64,000 nucleotides of DNA from a virus. Below are positions 56,582 through 64,000 of this stretch, piece after piece. Under the pieces are notes generated by a model. That model ran no database searches. It was not told where the DNA came from and worked only from the letters and a program-made list of their open reading frames with translations. Within the stretch, counting starts at the first letter, position 1. Each line of letters begins with the position of its first letter. The DNA lies in IMG/VR virus record IMGVR_UViG_3300047552_000910, positions 1 to 64,000 of that record; one strand, given 5' to 3'. Made by a program: the position numbers and the translations under genes.

Positions 56582-57505
56582 CTAGTTCAAGTAACTTAAT
56601 TTTATCAAGCAAGCTGCCATATTTATTTCAGAATCTGCACAAATAACATGATCCACTAATGCTTGTTTAATGATAAGGGTTGCTTTATTTTGTTTCTCTT
56701 CGTCTCCAAATAAGGAAATATTATTGTAGAGCCATACATAGATATCTTGCATTTCTTCCGGGCGAGCAGTCCCGCAAATTAGTTTTCTTGCTTCGGTAAT
56801 CTTGCCTGCCTTAAATAATTCAACCATTTTAATCTTATAATCGGCCGTAGTATTATCCGATGATTCTGGAACCATCAGTTTCTTATTAACGCTATTCAAT
56901 TGTACATTATTAATACATTTGCGTAAATCTGGGTAAGTACCTTTAACAAAAGTATCGAGTGTATCTAAATCAAATTCGATATCTTCAGAAATCAATATCT
57001 GTGCTGTTCGTGCAGTAAATTCATTTAAATCTAATTTTTCTATATGAAACCCTTGACAACGAGAATGTATAGCAGGAATAACCCTATTAGGATAATTTGC
57101 TGTGAATATGAATCTAGTAGTAGCGTGATGCGCTTCCATAACTCCGCGCAGTGCCGCCTGAGCCGCAGTTGATAAAAAATCGCATTCGTCCAAAAAGATT
57201 ACATTAAAATCACCAAACGGTATCAGTTGTGCAAAATTTACAATTTTATTACGGACATCATCAACCGAATTAGTTCTACTAGCATTTATTGCTAATACAT
57301 CTAGGTTATTAATTTGTAATTCGTTAATTAATATTTGGGCAAGACAAGATTTTCCTGTTCCTTGAACACCCGAAAAAATACAATTCGGAATTGACTGTTG
57401 TGTAATCCATTCCATTATTTGAGCTTTTTGTTGTTCATCTTTAAAAACATACTCGTCGATTGTTTTGGGTCTGTATTTTTCAACCCAAAGATCTTTAATT
57501 GCCAT
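56582..57505 (-). CDS. Clamp-loader ATPase (RFC small subunit/gp44-like)
   Basis: WVEKYRP, G..GTGKS, NAS, LDECD, AQAALR, SRC, DLRK. Confidence 0.93.
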   Translation of the reverse strand: MAIKDLWVEKYRPKTIDEYVFKDEQQKAQIMEWITQQSIPNCIFSGVQGTGKSCLAQILINELQINNLDVLAINASRTNSVDDVRNKIVNFAQLIPFGDFNVIFLDECDFLSTAAQAALRGVMEAHHATTRFIFTANYPNRVIPAIHSRCQGFHIEKLDLNEFTARTAQILISEDIEFDLDTLDTFVKGTYPDLRKCINNVQLNSVNKKLMVPESSDNTTADYKIKMVELFKAGKITEARKLICGTARPEEMQDIYVWLYNNISLFGDEEKQNKATLIIKQALVDHVICADSEINMAACLIKLSYLN

Positions 57506-57537
57506 GACGGCTCCTGATAATTGATTTATTGTTTAGA

Positions 57538-57571
57538 AAAAGTATTGAGGTCTTAAGACCTCAATACTTTT
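57538..57571. terminator. Perfect 34-bp palindrome, probable terminator
   Basis: AAAAGTATTGAGGTCTT|AAGACCTCAATACTTTT. Confidence 0.7.
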
Positions 57572-57857
57572 ATAGGCTATTTAATTGTGAAAATAATTCT
57601 TTAATTCGGCTAGTGTGTTCGTCAAGTGTACCCGAGGAACAAATCGCCCAAGTTGTTGGGACTTTAAAACAGTTCTTAATATTTCGATTTCCTGTAGTAA
57701 ACACTTGCATTTCTACCGAATAAGTAGAAGAAATTATTAATTTTCTACAACTTCCAGCCCGTTGGCGTTTCCATTCGTAACTAAGTAATTGGCAGCCAAG
57801 CCAACCATGTGATTGATAATAAACATTATCGACTACATATAATATACGATTAATCAT
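57570..57857 (-). CDS. Hypothetical protein
   Basis: 95-aa ORF abutting the collagen-like gene. Confidence 0.45.
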   Translation of the reverse strand: MINRILYVVDNVYYQSHGWLGCQLLSYEWKRQRAGSCRKLIISSTYSVEMQVFTTGNRNIKNCFKVPTTWAICSSGTLDEHTSRIKELFSQLNSL

Positions 57858-57858
57858 A

Positions 57859-58722
57859 TTAGAACCAACTAGTTACAAACAAGTATAGCACACCACCAAT
57901 ACTTTGTACATACAAGCTCACAGTTTCGTTAGTTCTTGGGCTAATTGACAAGTTATATCCGTCTGCCCATTTTAACGGTGCCGCGGAATCTACCGTTATG
58001 GTATTTGTTCCGTTAGTTGACGAAGTTAACAATAATAAGCATTCCCCGTATTGGCTAGCACCTAATGCATTTATTGAAATCGCGCCACCTGTGTATATCA
58101 CATTGGCTGTATAAACATTGATACCAGTTAATGCAGGTGTAATTTCAACCCCGCCAACATTGCCAAGGTTAGTCACTAACCGTGTATATTGCGGCCCAAC
58201 TACTCCTTGAATTCCTTGTAAGCCGATTGACCCTTGCGAGCCTAGTACTCCTTGAATTCCTTGCAAGCCAGAGGGCCCAGTTGTGCCGGTGTTGCCGGTT
58301 TGCCCAAAGAATCCTTGAAGTCCTTGCAAGCCCATTGCTGCATATTCTCCAGCAATGCCTTGTGCACCGGCTGGCCCAGTTTCTCCGAAGAATCCTTGAA
58401 GTCCTTGCAAGCCTATTGCTGCATATTCTCCAGCAATGCCTTGAGCACCCATTATGCCTTGCGCACCGTCTGCGCCCATTGCTGCATATTCTCCAGCAAT
58501 GCCTTGTGCGCCGGCTGGCCCACGTTCACCAGGCAAGCCTTGCTGGCCAGTAGCACCTTGCAATCCAGTTTGAAAAAGCTGTAACTCTGAAATTTCAGTT
58601 TTAGCTGCGGAAAATGCTGTTTTAATTGATTGAAAATTACTTCTAAAACCAGCCGACGAGTTATCTCTGCCTTCTATTGGAAATGCTTCATCTATATCAT
58701 CATAATTAATTTGGCTTGCCAT
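57859..58722 (-). CDS. Collagen-like fibre protein
   Basis: Gly-X-Y tract with three GAQGIAGEYAA(M/I)G units. Confidence 0.85.
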   Translation of the reverse strand: MASQINYDDIDEAFPIEGRDNSSAGFRSNFQSIKTAFSAAKTEISELQLFQTGLQGATGQQGLPGERGPAGAQGIAGEYAAMGADGAQGIMGAQGIAGEYAAIGLQGLQGFFGETGPAGAQGIAGEYAAMGLQGLQGFFGQTGNTGTTGPSGLQGIQGVLGSQGSIGLQGIQGVVGPQYTRLVTNLGNVGGVEITPALTGINVYTANVIYTGGAISINALGASQYGECLLLLTSSTNGTNTITVDSAAPLKWADGYNLSISPRTNETVSLYVQSIGGVLYLFVTSWF

Positions 58723-58730
58723 GGTATTTC

Positions 58731-59060
58731 CTAAATTCTAATTTGGCTAGGGTGAACTTTCGATGATATTAGGATACTATTTGTATCAACTTTTCTAATA
58801 GTAATGTCGTTGTTATTTTCTTCTACCAGAATGCCTCGTGACCATCTGCCGTGTTCAATTAAAACCCAGTCATTAACCTCTAAATCTTTTTGCGCAGGAC
58901 CAATTGCCCACACTCGCCCCCATCGAGGACGTATTCCTTCAGTTTTCCCGTCATCACTTCTTATAATAATACCAGATGCGGTAATTACTTCCCCGAAGTG
59001 CATATCAGCCACCAGAACAGTATCATTCAGCGGCTTGATTTTTCCTTTTATTGGTAACAT
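58731..59060 (-). CDS. groES: GroES-like co-chaperonin
   Basis: IKPLND.VLV, T.SGIII, G.V.AIGP, ..V.D.VL. Confidence 0.8.
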   Translation of the reverse strand: MLPIKGKIKPLNDTVLVADMHFGEVITASGIIIRSDDGKTEGIRPRWGRVWAIGPAQKDLEVNDWVLIEHGRWSRGILVEENNNDITIRKVDTNSILISSKVHPSQIRI

Positions 59061-59322
59061 TTGCTATATTCTCTCGGATAGGTTGGTTTGTAACATTATT
59101 AGCAGGTGCGGATGTTCTAACATTTGATTGGGCAGGAATAACATTCTTATCACGTGTTACTTCTTCTCGCTTTCTAATAATTCTACCACCAGGACCTAGC
59201 TCGTCGCCGCGAGCATTAACGCGGGCATTTCCAATAGCCACTGTCATTTCATTTTGATTTAAAAGCTTATTCATGTCAATCTCTTTGCCTTGCATTGACC
59301 TATGAATTGTATGTACTTCCAT
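59023..59322 (-). CDS. Conserved hypothetical protein
   Basis: GKEIDM..L...NE...AIGN..VNARGDELGPGG. Confidence 0.7.
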   Translation of the reverse strand: MEVHTIHRSMQGKEIDMNKLLNQNEMTVAIGNARVNARGDELGPGGRIIRKREEVTRDKNVIPAQSNVRTSAPANNVTNQPIRENIANVTNKRKNQAAE

Positions 59323-59341
59323 ATTTTTTCTCCGTATTTGA

Positions 59342-59353
59342 TATTTACCTGTT
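59342..59353 (-). promoter_or_regulatory. Late-promoter-like motif
   Basis: AACAGGTAAATA, 20 nt before the ATG. Confidence 0.7.
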
Positions 59354-59360
59354 AAGGTGC

Positions 59361-59861
59361 TTACCGTAAAAATTCTCTATAATCAAGATTATATTTTAAG
59401 CTATTAATTTTGTGAACGCCGATTTTATATAAAACAAACGAACTAACGCTACTTCCTCGGCCAACTCCTATAATAATATTTCTTTTATTACAAGAATCTA
59501 CAAAATACTTTAACCAGCGTAATAAGTCGATCATATTTCTTTTTTCGAATTCTACCAACTCTTGATTGGCTCTAATAATTTCATCTGGTGAGGTACATTG
59601 TTGTATAACCCATTTTCGTATATTAAATGATTTATATTCATCAGGAATAAACCAGTTATCTTGTCTTTCTTTATCAGACGAATATTGTAATATGTTTGTT
59701 TCATCGAATATGTCAAATTGAATATTCGATACTTGCACCAATCTTTGAATATCTTCCGATGAAACTACTGTCAGTTGATTTAACTCCACATTATTTTGAT
59801 ATAATGCATTAAATATATCCGCCTCTTCGAAGACAACCGTATTATATTCATTTGTATACAT
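59361..59861 (-). CDS. Stand-alone DnaE (Pol III alpha)-like fragment
   Basis: R...EL......GVGRGSSVSSFVLY.IGVH.I..LKYNL...FL. Confidence 0.8.
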   Translation of the reverse strand: MYTNEYNTVVFEEADIFNALYQNNVELNQLTVVSSEDIQRLVQVSNIQFDIFDETNILQYSSDKERQDNWFIPDEYKSFNIRKWVIQQCTSPDEIIRANQELVEFEKRNMIDLLRWLKYFVDSCNKRNIIIGVGRGSSVSSFVLYKIGVHKINSLKYNLDYREFLR

Positions 59862-59867
59862 TTATGT

Positions 59868-59896
59868 ATTTTAAATGACTAATGTAAAAATATCAA
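59868..59896 (-). promoter_or_regulatory. Sigma70-like promoter, possibly giving leaderless mRNA
   Basis: TTGATA-N17-TAAAAT ending 6 nt before the ATG at 59861; no RBS. Confidence 0.5.
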
Positions 59897-59899
59897 ATA

Positions 59900-60130
59900 T
59901 TAAGATATATGAATAAGATTATCGAGATCTTTGTTACGGCTATCAAATGATTTTTGTAGATCGATTTTACTTCGCTCATTTCGATGTTCCGTGTATGTTT
60001 GGAGTAATAATGCTATTTGCGACTTAACTCCTTGGTTGGTTGCCATAAAATACTTCGATGTGAGATCTGATATCTTAGCTTCCAATTGGGAGTCTTTAAG
60101 TTTTTCTAGATTTTCTATTAGAGGATGCAT
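59900..60130 (-). CDS. Hypothetical protein
   Basis: 76-aa helical ORF. Confidence 0.6.
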   Translation of the reverse strand: MHPLIENLEKLKDSQLEAKISDLTSKYFMATNQGVKSQIALLLQTYTEHRNERSKIDLQKSFDSRNKDLDNLIHIS

Positions 60131-60131
60131 T

Positions 60132-61328
60132 TTAATTGATAGTAATTATATCGTTTTTAAATATAATATGGTCGTCTACAACATACCGATTAACAACAAA
60201 ATCTAATTGATTAAATGTAAATTTAGTATCGGCCATATGTTTTTGTATATTTTTAACAATTTTAGTGCCACTTCCTGGCAAGCAATAGCATAATACCACG
60301 GAAGGAGTAAAACCCATTTCTTGTTTTGCTGTAAGTTGCGAGCTTCGCATCCAATACGGCAAATAGTTACGTTCAACATTTAATACTTCGTCGTTATTTC
60401 GCCAATCTCTAATTCTATTACGCCAATTAGTAATAGAATTAACGGAATATACAGTGGGTAGCGGATCTGATACTAAGTATTCTCCGTTATCTACACTTAA
60501 ATAAACATTAGCTTTAACATTATTTCGACTTGCGTCATTTAATTCATCAAAATCTCTAGTCCAGTATATATCACAATCGTTGTCTGCAGAAATTGGAGAG
60601 GTCACCATTGATGATAGTTTAACTCTATCAGGTAATGCAATGTTATTATATTCTAAAGAATCTTTCATTATTAGATAAACAACTTCGTATATTCCTATAG
60701 CAGGATTTGTTTGCGGTAAAACTGCTCTAGCTACTTTAAGTTGGCCGAATGTAAATCTCTTTGTTCTATTACCAGCCCGCATTGCACTAATATACTTTAT
60801 TACATTAGTTTTTTCAACGCCCGCTAACACTAACATATTAAGTTCTCGTTGAATACCGAATTGTTTATTATCTGGCTCGTATATATATTTTGGCGGGAAA
60901 ATGTAATTGTTATTTATAAATTCATTCCATATATTTCGTTGTTCTTTAGATAACAGCGGTTTAGCTATAACATTTTTATATGCAATGTTAATTACCGTGA
61001 ACACAAATTCTTTATTAGCCGATTCGAAATTATTAGGATCAATTGCTGTAACAGTAAATGTAAAGGTTGCATCTATATTAGTTGAGCTGTTGTCAAATGT
61101 AGTATTTCCTGAATCGAATTTAGTTATGCCTTCAGTATCATAATCATAAATTAAGTTTACTTCGCCGGAAATAATACCGTAAAGACTTAAATCTAAACCT
61201 GGAGGTAATTTGCCTGCTGCAATAGTATAAAAAACTAACCCGCTATTTGAAGTAGCAGTTAATATTTTAGTAACCGCCGTATTTGGCGTTAATATGCCTA
61301 AATCGGAATTAGTGATCCAAGATATCAT
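60132..61328 (-). CDS. Virion protein with putative Ig (He_PIG-like) domain
   Basis: G.LPPGL.L...G.ISG...FTFTVTA.D. Confidence 0.7.
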   Translation of the reverse strand: MISWITNSDLGILTPNTAVTKILTATSNSGLVFYTIAAGKLPPGLDLSLYGIISGEVNLIYDYDTEGITKFDSGNTTFDNSSTNIDATFTFTVTAIDPNNFESANKEFVFTVINIAYKNVIAKPLLSKEQRNIWNEFINNNYIFPPKYIYEPDNKQFGIQRELNMLVLAGVEKTNVIKYISAMRAGNRTKRFTFGQLKVARAVLPQTNPAIGIYEVVYLIMKDSLEYNNIALPDRVKLSSMVTSPISADNDCDIYWTRDFDELNDASRNNVKANVYLSVDNGEYLVSDPLPTVYSVNSITNWRNRIRDWRNNDEVLNVERNYLPYWMRSSQLTAKQEMGFTPSVVLCYCLPGSGTKIVKNIQKHMADTKFTFNQLDFVVNRYVVDDHIIFKNDIITIN

Positions 61329-61348
61329 TAATAAGTTTACTCCAGCAA

Positions 61349-62839
61349 TTAACCGCGAATTACATAAAATGTAGCAGGGTCGGGTGTCGGTATAGCATCA
61401 TATAGTGCTTGTGTTAATGAAATAATATTTGTAATTCTTGTTGCACCAGGCACCGAAGATATATCTGATACCACTTTTGTATCATTTAATATTTTACCTT
61501 GTGCTGCAGACAGTGCAGCTACAATGGACGTACTGTCAAGTGAATTAATTACCGATATGGTAACTCCTTGGATGCCTTGTGTACCTTGTATGCCCTGAAC
61601 ACCTTGCGAACCAACGCCAGCATTGCCAGTTCTGCCGGTGCTACCTTGGATTCCTTGCATGCCATCGGCACCCTGTATACCAATACTGCCAGTGTCTCCG
61701 GTTGTTCCTTGTGTTCCTTGAAGTCCTTGTGTTCCTTGGAAACTTCTACCTTGCGTGCCTTGATTTCCTTGTAAACCTTGAATGCCTTGGACTCCTTGCA
61801 ATCCGATTACACCGGATGTGCCAATTAATCCTTGTAAGCCAATTAGTCCTTGTGTGCCGTCTATTCCTTGAATGCCTTGCCCTGCAAATAAGCCATCTAT
61901 GCCTTGTAAGCCAATTAATCCTTGGAGTCCTTGGAGTCCAAGTTCTCCTTGGAGGCCAGTTTCGCCGGTATAGCCTTGTATTCCTTGTACGCCCTGTATG
62001 CCAGCTTGTCCGGTAGACCCGTCCAAACCTTGAAGTCCTTGAATACCTTGTCCTGCAAATAACCCATTAATACCTTGGGCACCGTCAAATCCCTGGACAC
62101 CTTGCTCTCCTTGGAGTCCTTGTGTCCCTTGTCTTCCTTGGAGTCCTTGTGTCCCCTGCCTTCCTTGAATACCTTGAATACCTTGAATACCTTGAATACT
62201 TTGCGTTCCTTGCGTGCCTTGCGTTCCTTGCGTTCCTTGTAATCCTTGTCTGCCTTGCGTCCCTTGTAATCCTTGCCTACCTTGAACTCCAGTAAAGCCC
62301 TGAATACCTTGAATGCTTTGATTTCCTTGTACGCCCTGAACTCCTTGCGTACCTTGTGTTCCTTGCCTTCCTTGTACGCCCTGGCGACCTTGAATACCTT
62401 GTAACCCTTGTATGCCTTGAATACTTTGAACACCTTGAATTCCTTGTATACCTTGTATACCCTGTATACCTTGGTTGCCGCGAGCACCTTGCGCACCTTG
62501 TTTTCCTTGAATGCCTTGTACACCTTGATTACTTGATAACCCTTGCAAGCCTTGCAAGCCTTGTAGTCCGTACAAGCCTTGTAATCCTTGTATGCCTTGT
62601 ATGCCTTGCAGTCCTTGTATGCCTTGTATGCTTTGTATGCCTTGGAATCCTAATAACCCCTGGAGACCTTGGATTCCAAATACACCTTGCAAGCCTTGCG
62701 GCCCGGGTATTAGATGAACCCCGTCAATTATGCCTTGCATTGATAAAAAATTATTATTAACCTTTTGGAATGCGGCGCGAACATTGTCGCCTGTGCCATC
62801 ATTTGCATAATTGCCGATAAGAATAGGGTCTATTGTCAT
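61349..62839 (-). CDS. Long collagen-like (G-X-Q) fibre with T4 gp9/gp10-type N-terminus
   Basis: IG..ANDGTGD..R.AF.KVN.NF; more than 100 GXQ triplets; C-terminal ALSAAQGK.L and LTQA.YDA....DP.TFY. Confidence 0.88.
   Translation of the reverse strand: MTIDPILIGNYANDGTGDNVRAAFQKVNNNFLSMQGIIDGVHLIPGPQGLQGVFGIQGLQGLLGFQGIQSIQGIQGLQGIQGIQGLQGLYGLQGLQGLQGLSSNQGVQGIQGKQGAQGARGNQGIQGIQGIQGIQGVQSIQGIQGLQGIQGRQGVQGRQGTQGTQGVQGVQGNQSIQGIQGFTGVQGRQGLQGTQGRQGLQGTQGTQGTQGTQSIQGIQGIQGIQGRQGTQGLQGRQGTQGLQGEQGVQGFDGAQGINGLFAGQGIQGLQGLDGSTGQAGIQGVQGIQGYTGETGLQGELGLQGLQGLIGLQGIDGLFAGQGIQGIDGTQGLIGLQGLIGTSGVIGLQGVQGIQGLQGNQGTQGRSFQGTQGLQGTQGTTGDTGSIGIQGADGMQGIQGSTGRTGNAGVGSQGVQGIQGTQGIQGVTISVINSLDSTSIVAALSAAQGKILNDTKVVSDISSVPGATRITNIISLTQALYDAIPTPDPATFYVIRG
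61560..62705 (-). repeat. 9-bp-period coding repeat (GGN NNN CAA/CAG)
   Basis: CCTTG recurs every 9 nt on the + strand. Confidence 0.9.
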
Positions 62840-62864
62840 GGTATATCCTGAAATTCACTTATAG

Positions 62865-62876
62865 TATTTACCTGTT
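62865..62876 (-). promoter_or_regulatory. Late-promoter-like motif
   Basis: AACAGGTAAATA, 26 nt before the ATG. Confidence 0.7.
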
Positions 62877-62901
62877 ATTGGATAAAGCTAATTTTCTAAT
62901 C

Positions 62902-62929
62902 AAAAAAATACCGCAAATGATTGCGGTAT
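62902..62929 (-). terminator. Rho-independent terminator
   Basis: ATACCGCAA-tcat-TTGCGGTAT followed by TTTTTT. Confidence 0.85.
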
Positions 62930-62936
62930 GTTATAA

Positions 62937-63101
62937 TTAATTTGACCAGTGTTGAATAATTCCGGCAATAATAGTCAAGTTAGTAATTAAATATATTAGA
63001 ATTATCATAGTTCGGACGATAGCAATTTTATCGGCTTCGGCATCATCCGAACTTGCTTTTTCACCAAGGGACTTGGCCCATATTCTCCAAATTTGTTTCA
63101 T
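62937..63101 (-). CDS. Unannotated 54-aa small membrane protein
   Basis: MKQIWRIWAKSLGEKASSDDAEADKIAIVRTMIILIYLITNLTIIAGIIQHWSN; ATGA overlap with the queD stop. Confidence 0.8.
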   Translation of the reverse strand: MKQIWRIWAKSLGEKASSDDAEADKIAIVRTMIILIYLITNLTIIAGIIQHWSN

Positions 63102-63649
63102 TCGCCTGTATATTTACAATGCGATTTTGCAGTTTCCCACAATTCTACTGATACAACAGTAGCAAAGTCTTTAATTTGCGATTGCACATATTGTTTAATA
63201 TGTTTACAAATATTTTCAGAAGTAGGAACAAAATCAACCAATACAAACGAATCAACAAATTCATCCATTAGCGTATCTGCATCTAACGGTAATGCTCCGG
63301 AGCACAACTCTCCGAGATTTGTAAAATTTAACAACGGACCAGGAGCCCATTTCATCCCTGTAATTGTACGGAATAACGGATCGTTAACATCGATCATAAA
63401 CTTATGATCTAGTACTTCGTCGACAAACTTTTTTACGAAGTTTAAGTTCTTAAAATCTGTAACCATTCCAGACTGATCTAATTTATCCGATCCAAGATGC
63501 ACTTTAATCGTATAGCTGTGGCCGTGAAGATGTTTGCATTTTGTGTACGTATCGATACTAAGCTCTGGATTATTTAGTTGTTGTGCCCAAACACGATGCC
63601 CCATTTCAAAATTAAAACTTTTTGATATTGTCCACTTATAGTCGTTCAT
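63098..63649 (-). CDS. queD: 6-carboxytetrahydropterin synthase
   Basis: F..GHR, CKHLHGH, GMV.DF, LDH, PTSEN, ET.KS. Confidence 0.93.
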   Translation of the reverse strand: MNDYKWTISKSFNFEMGHRVWAQQLNNPELSIDTYTKCKHLHGHSYTIKVHLGSDKLDQSGMVTDFKNLNFVKKFVDEVLDHKFMIDVNDPLFRTITGMKWAPGPLLNFTNLGELCSGALPLDADTLMDEFVDSFVLVDFVPTSENICKHIKQYVQSQIKDFATVVSVELWETAKSHCKYTGE

Positions 63650-63670
63650 TTAACGCTCCTTAAAATATAT

Positions 63671-63699
63671 ATTTTATACGAAATAAAAAAGAAAAGCAA
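63671..63699 (-). promoter_or_regulatory. Sigma70-like promoter upstream of queD
   Basis: TTGCTT-N17-TAAAAT. Confidence 0.5.
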
Positions 63700-63704
63700 A
63701 TTTA

Positions 63705-63770
63705 TAAATAATGGTGTAGTTCGCGGAACACCCATTCCCAACTACCCTAACAATATGGAGCATTGCCAGC
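63705..63770. ncRNA. Structured leader/antisense element of the GIY-YIG endonuclease gene
   Basis: TAAATA-N5-GTAGTT-CGC-GGAA-loop-TTCC-C-AACTAC-C-CTAACAAT-loop-ATTGCCAG-C-ATG. Confidence 0.65.
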
Positions 63771-64000
63771 ATGAATATTTATTATGTTTACGCATATTTA
63801 CGAAACAAATCTTCCCAAATAGCAGAAATTGGAACGCCTTATTACATCGGCAAAGGTAAAAATAATAGAGCGTATCAGAAACACCGAACTGGTTCACGCG
63901 GCATTTCGCTTCCTTTAGACAAATCTAATATTGTAATATTAGAAAGAAATTTAACCGAAGTTGGTGCACTTGCATTAGAGCGCAGAATGATAAGATGGTA
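63771..64000 (+). mobile_element. GIY-YIG homing endonuclease, 3'-truncated by the window edge (not in the ORF track)
   Basis: MNIYYVYAYLR...PYYIGKGKNNRA...E..ALALE..MI. Confidence 0.85.

Noticed and set aside
58180-62760. CRISPR-like arrays and alternative-frame ORFs (e.g. 61915..62523) in the repeat regions
   Set aside because: The periodicity is explained by Gly-X-Gln codons, there are no unique spacers, and the extra ORFs are shadows of the repeat
2254-63407. Many short opposite-strand ORFs in the track
   Set aside because: They lie within well-supported genes and lack RBSs or motifs
1-64000. Stop-codon reassignment
   Set aside because: The standard code gives dense, full-length genes; the PolB break is explained by the split intein
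1-64000. tRNA or rRNA genes
   Set aside because: No cloverleaf or T-loop pattern noticed in the short intergenic regions; tRNAscan was not run

Overview
A 64-kb segment of an AT-rich jumbo, T4-like (myovirus-type) phage. The spanin genes indicate a Gram-negative host. 1-18.6 kb (+): a 5'-truncated >4,500-aa virion protein and tail-fibre genes. 18.6-43.5 kb (-): nucleotide metabolism and replication (thyA, DHFR, AAA+VWA pair, RNase H-like nuclease, clamp-like protein, PolB, DsbA-like protein). This arm includes a large 7-deazaguanine DNA-modification island (folE, queE, DpdL-like T-fold protein, TGT/DpdA-like transglycosylase; queD lies about 30 kb away; no queC in the window) carrying unexpected tailoring enzymes: glycosyltransferase, SAM methyltransferase, two oxidoreductases, PRTase, HIT, deaminase and a degenerate PduO-like adenosyltransferase. 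PolB is fractured into two genes joined by a split intein, with a free-standing endonuclease gene between them. 43.5-63.6 kb (-): probable head-internal proteins, ClpA/DnaJ/GroES, a lysis cassette, clamp loader, a stand-alone DnaE-like fragment, collagen-like fibres and queD. The most striking non-coding signal is a covarying two-hairpin element of about 70 nt in front of two unrelated homing-endonuclease genes (HNH and GIY-YIG), whose G-U pairs favour folding on the antisense strand. A recurrent AACAGGTAAATA late-promoter-like motif is also present. All calls come from reading motifs by eye; no searches were run.
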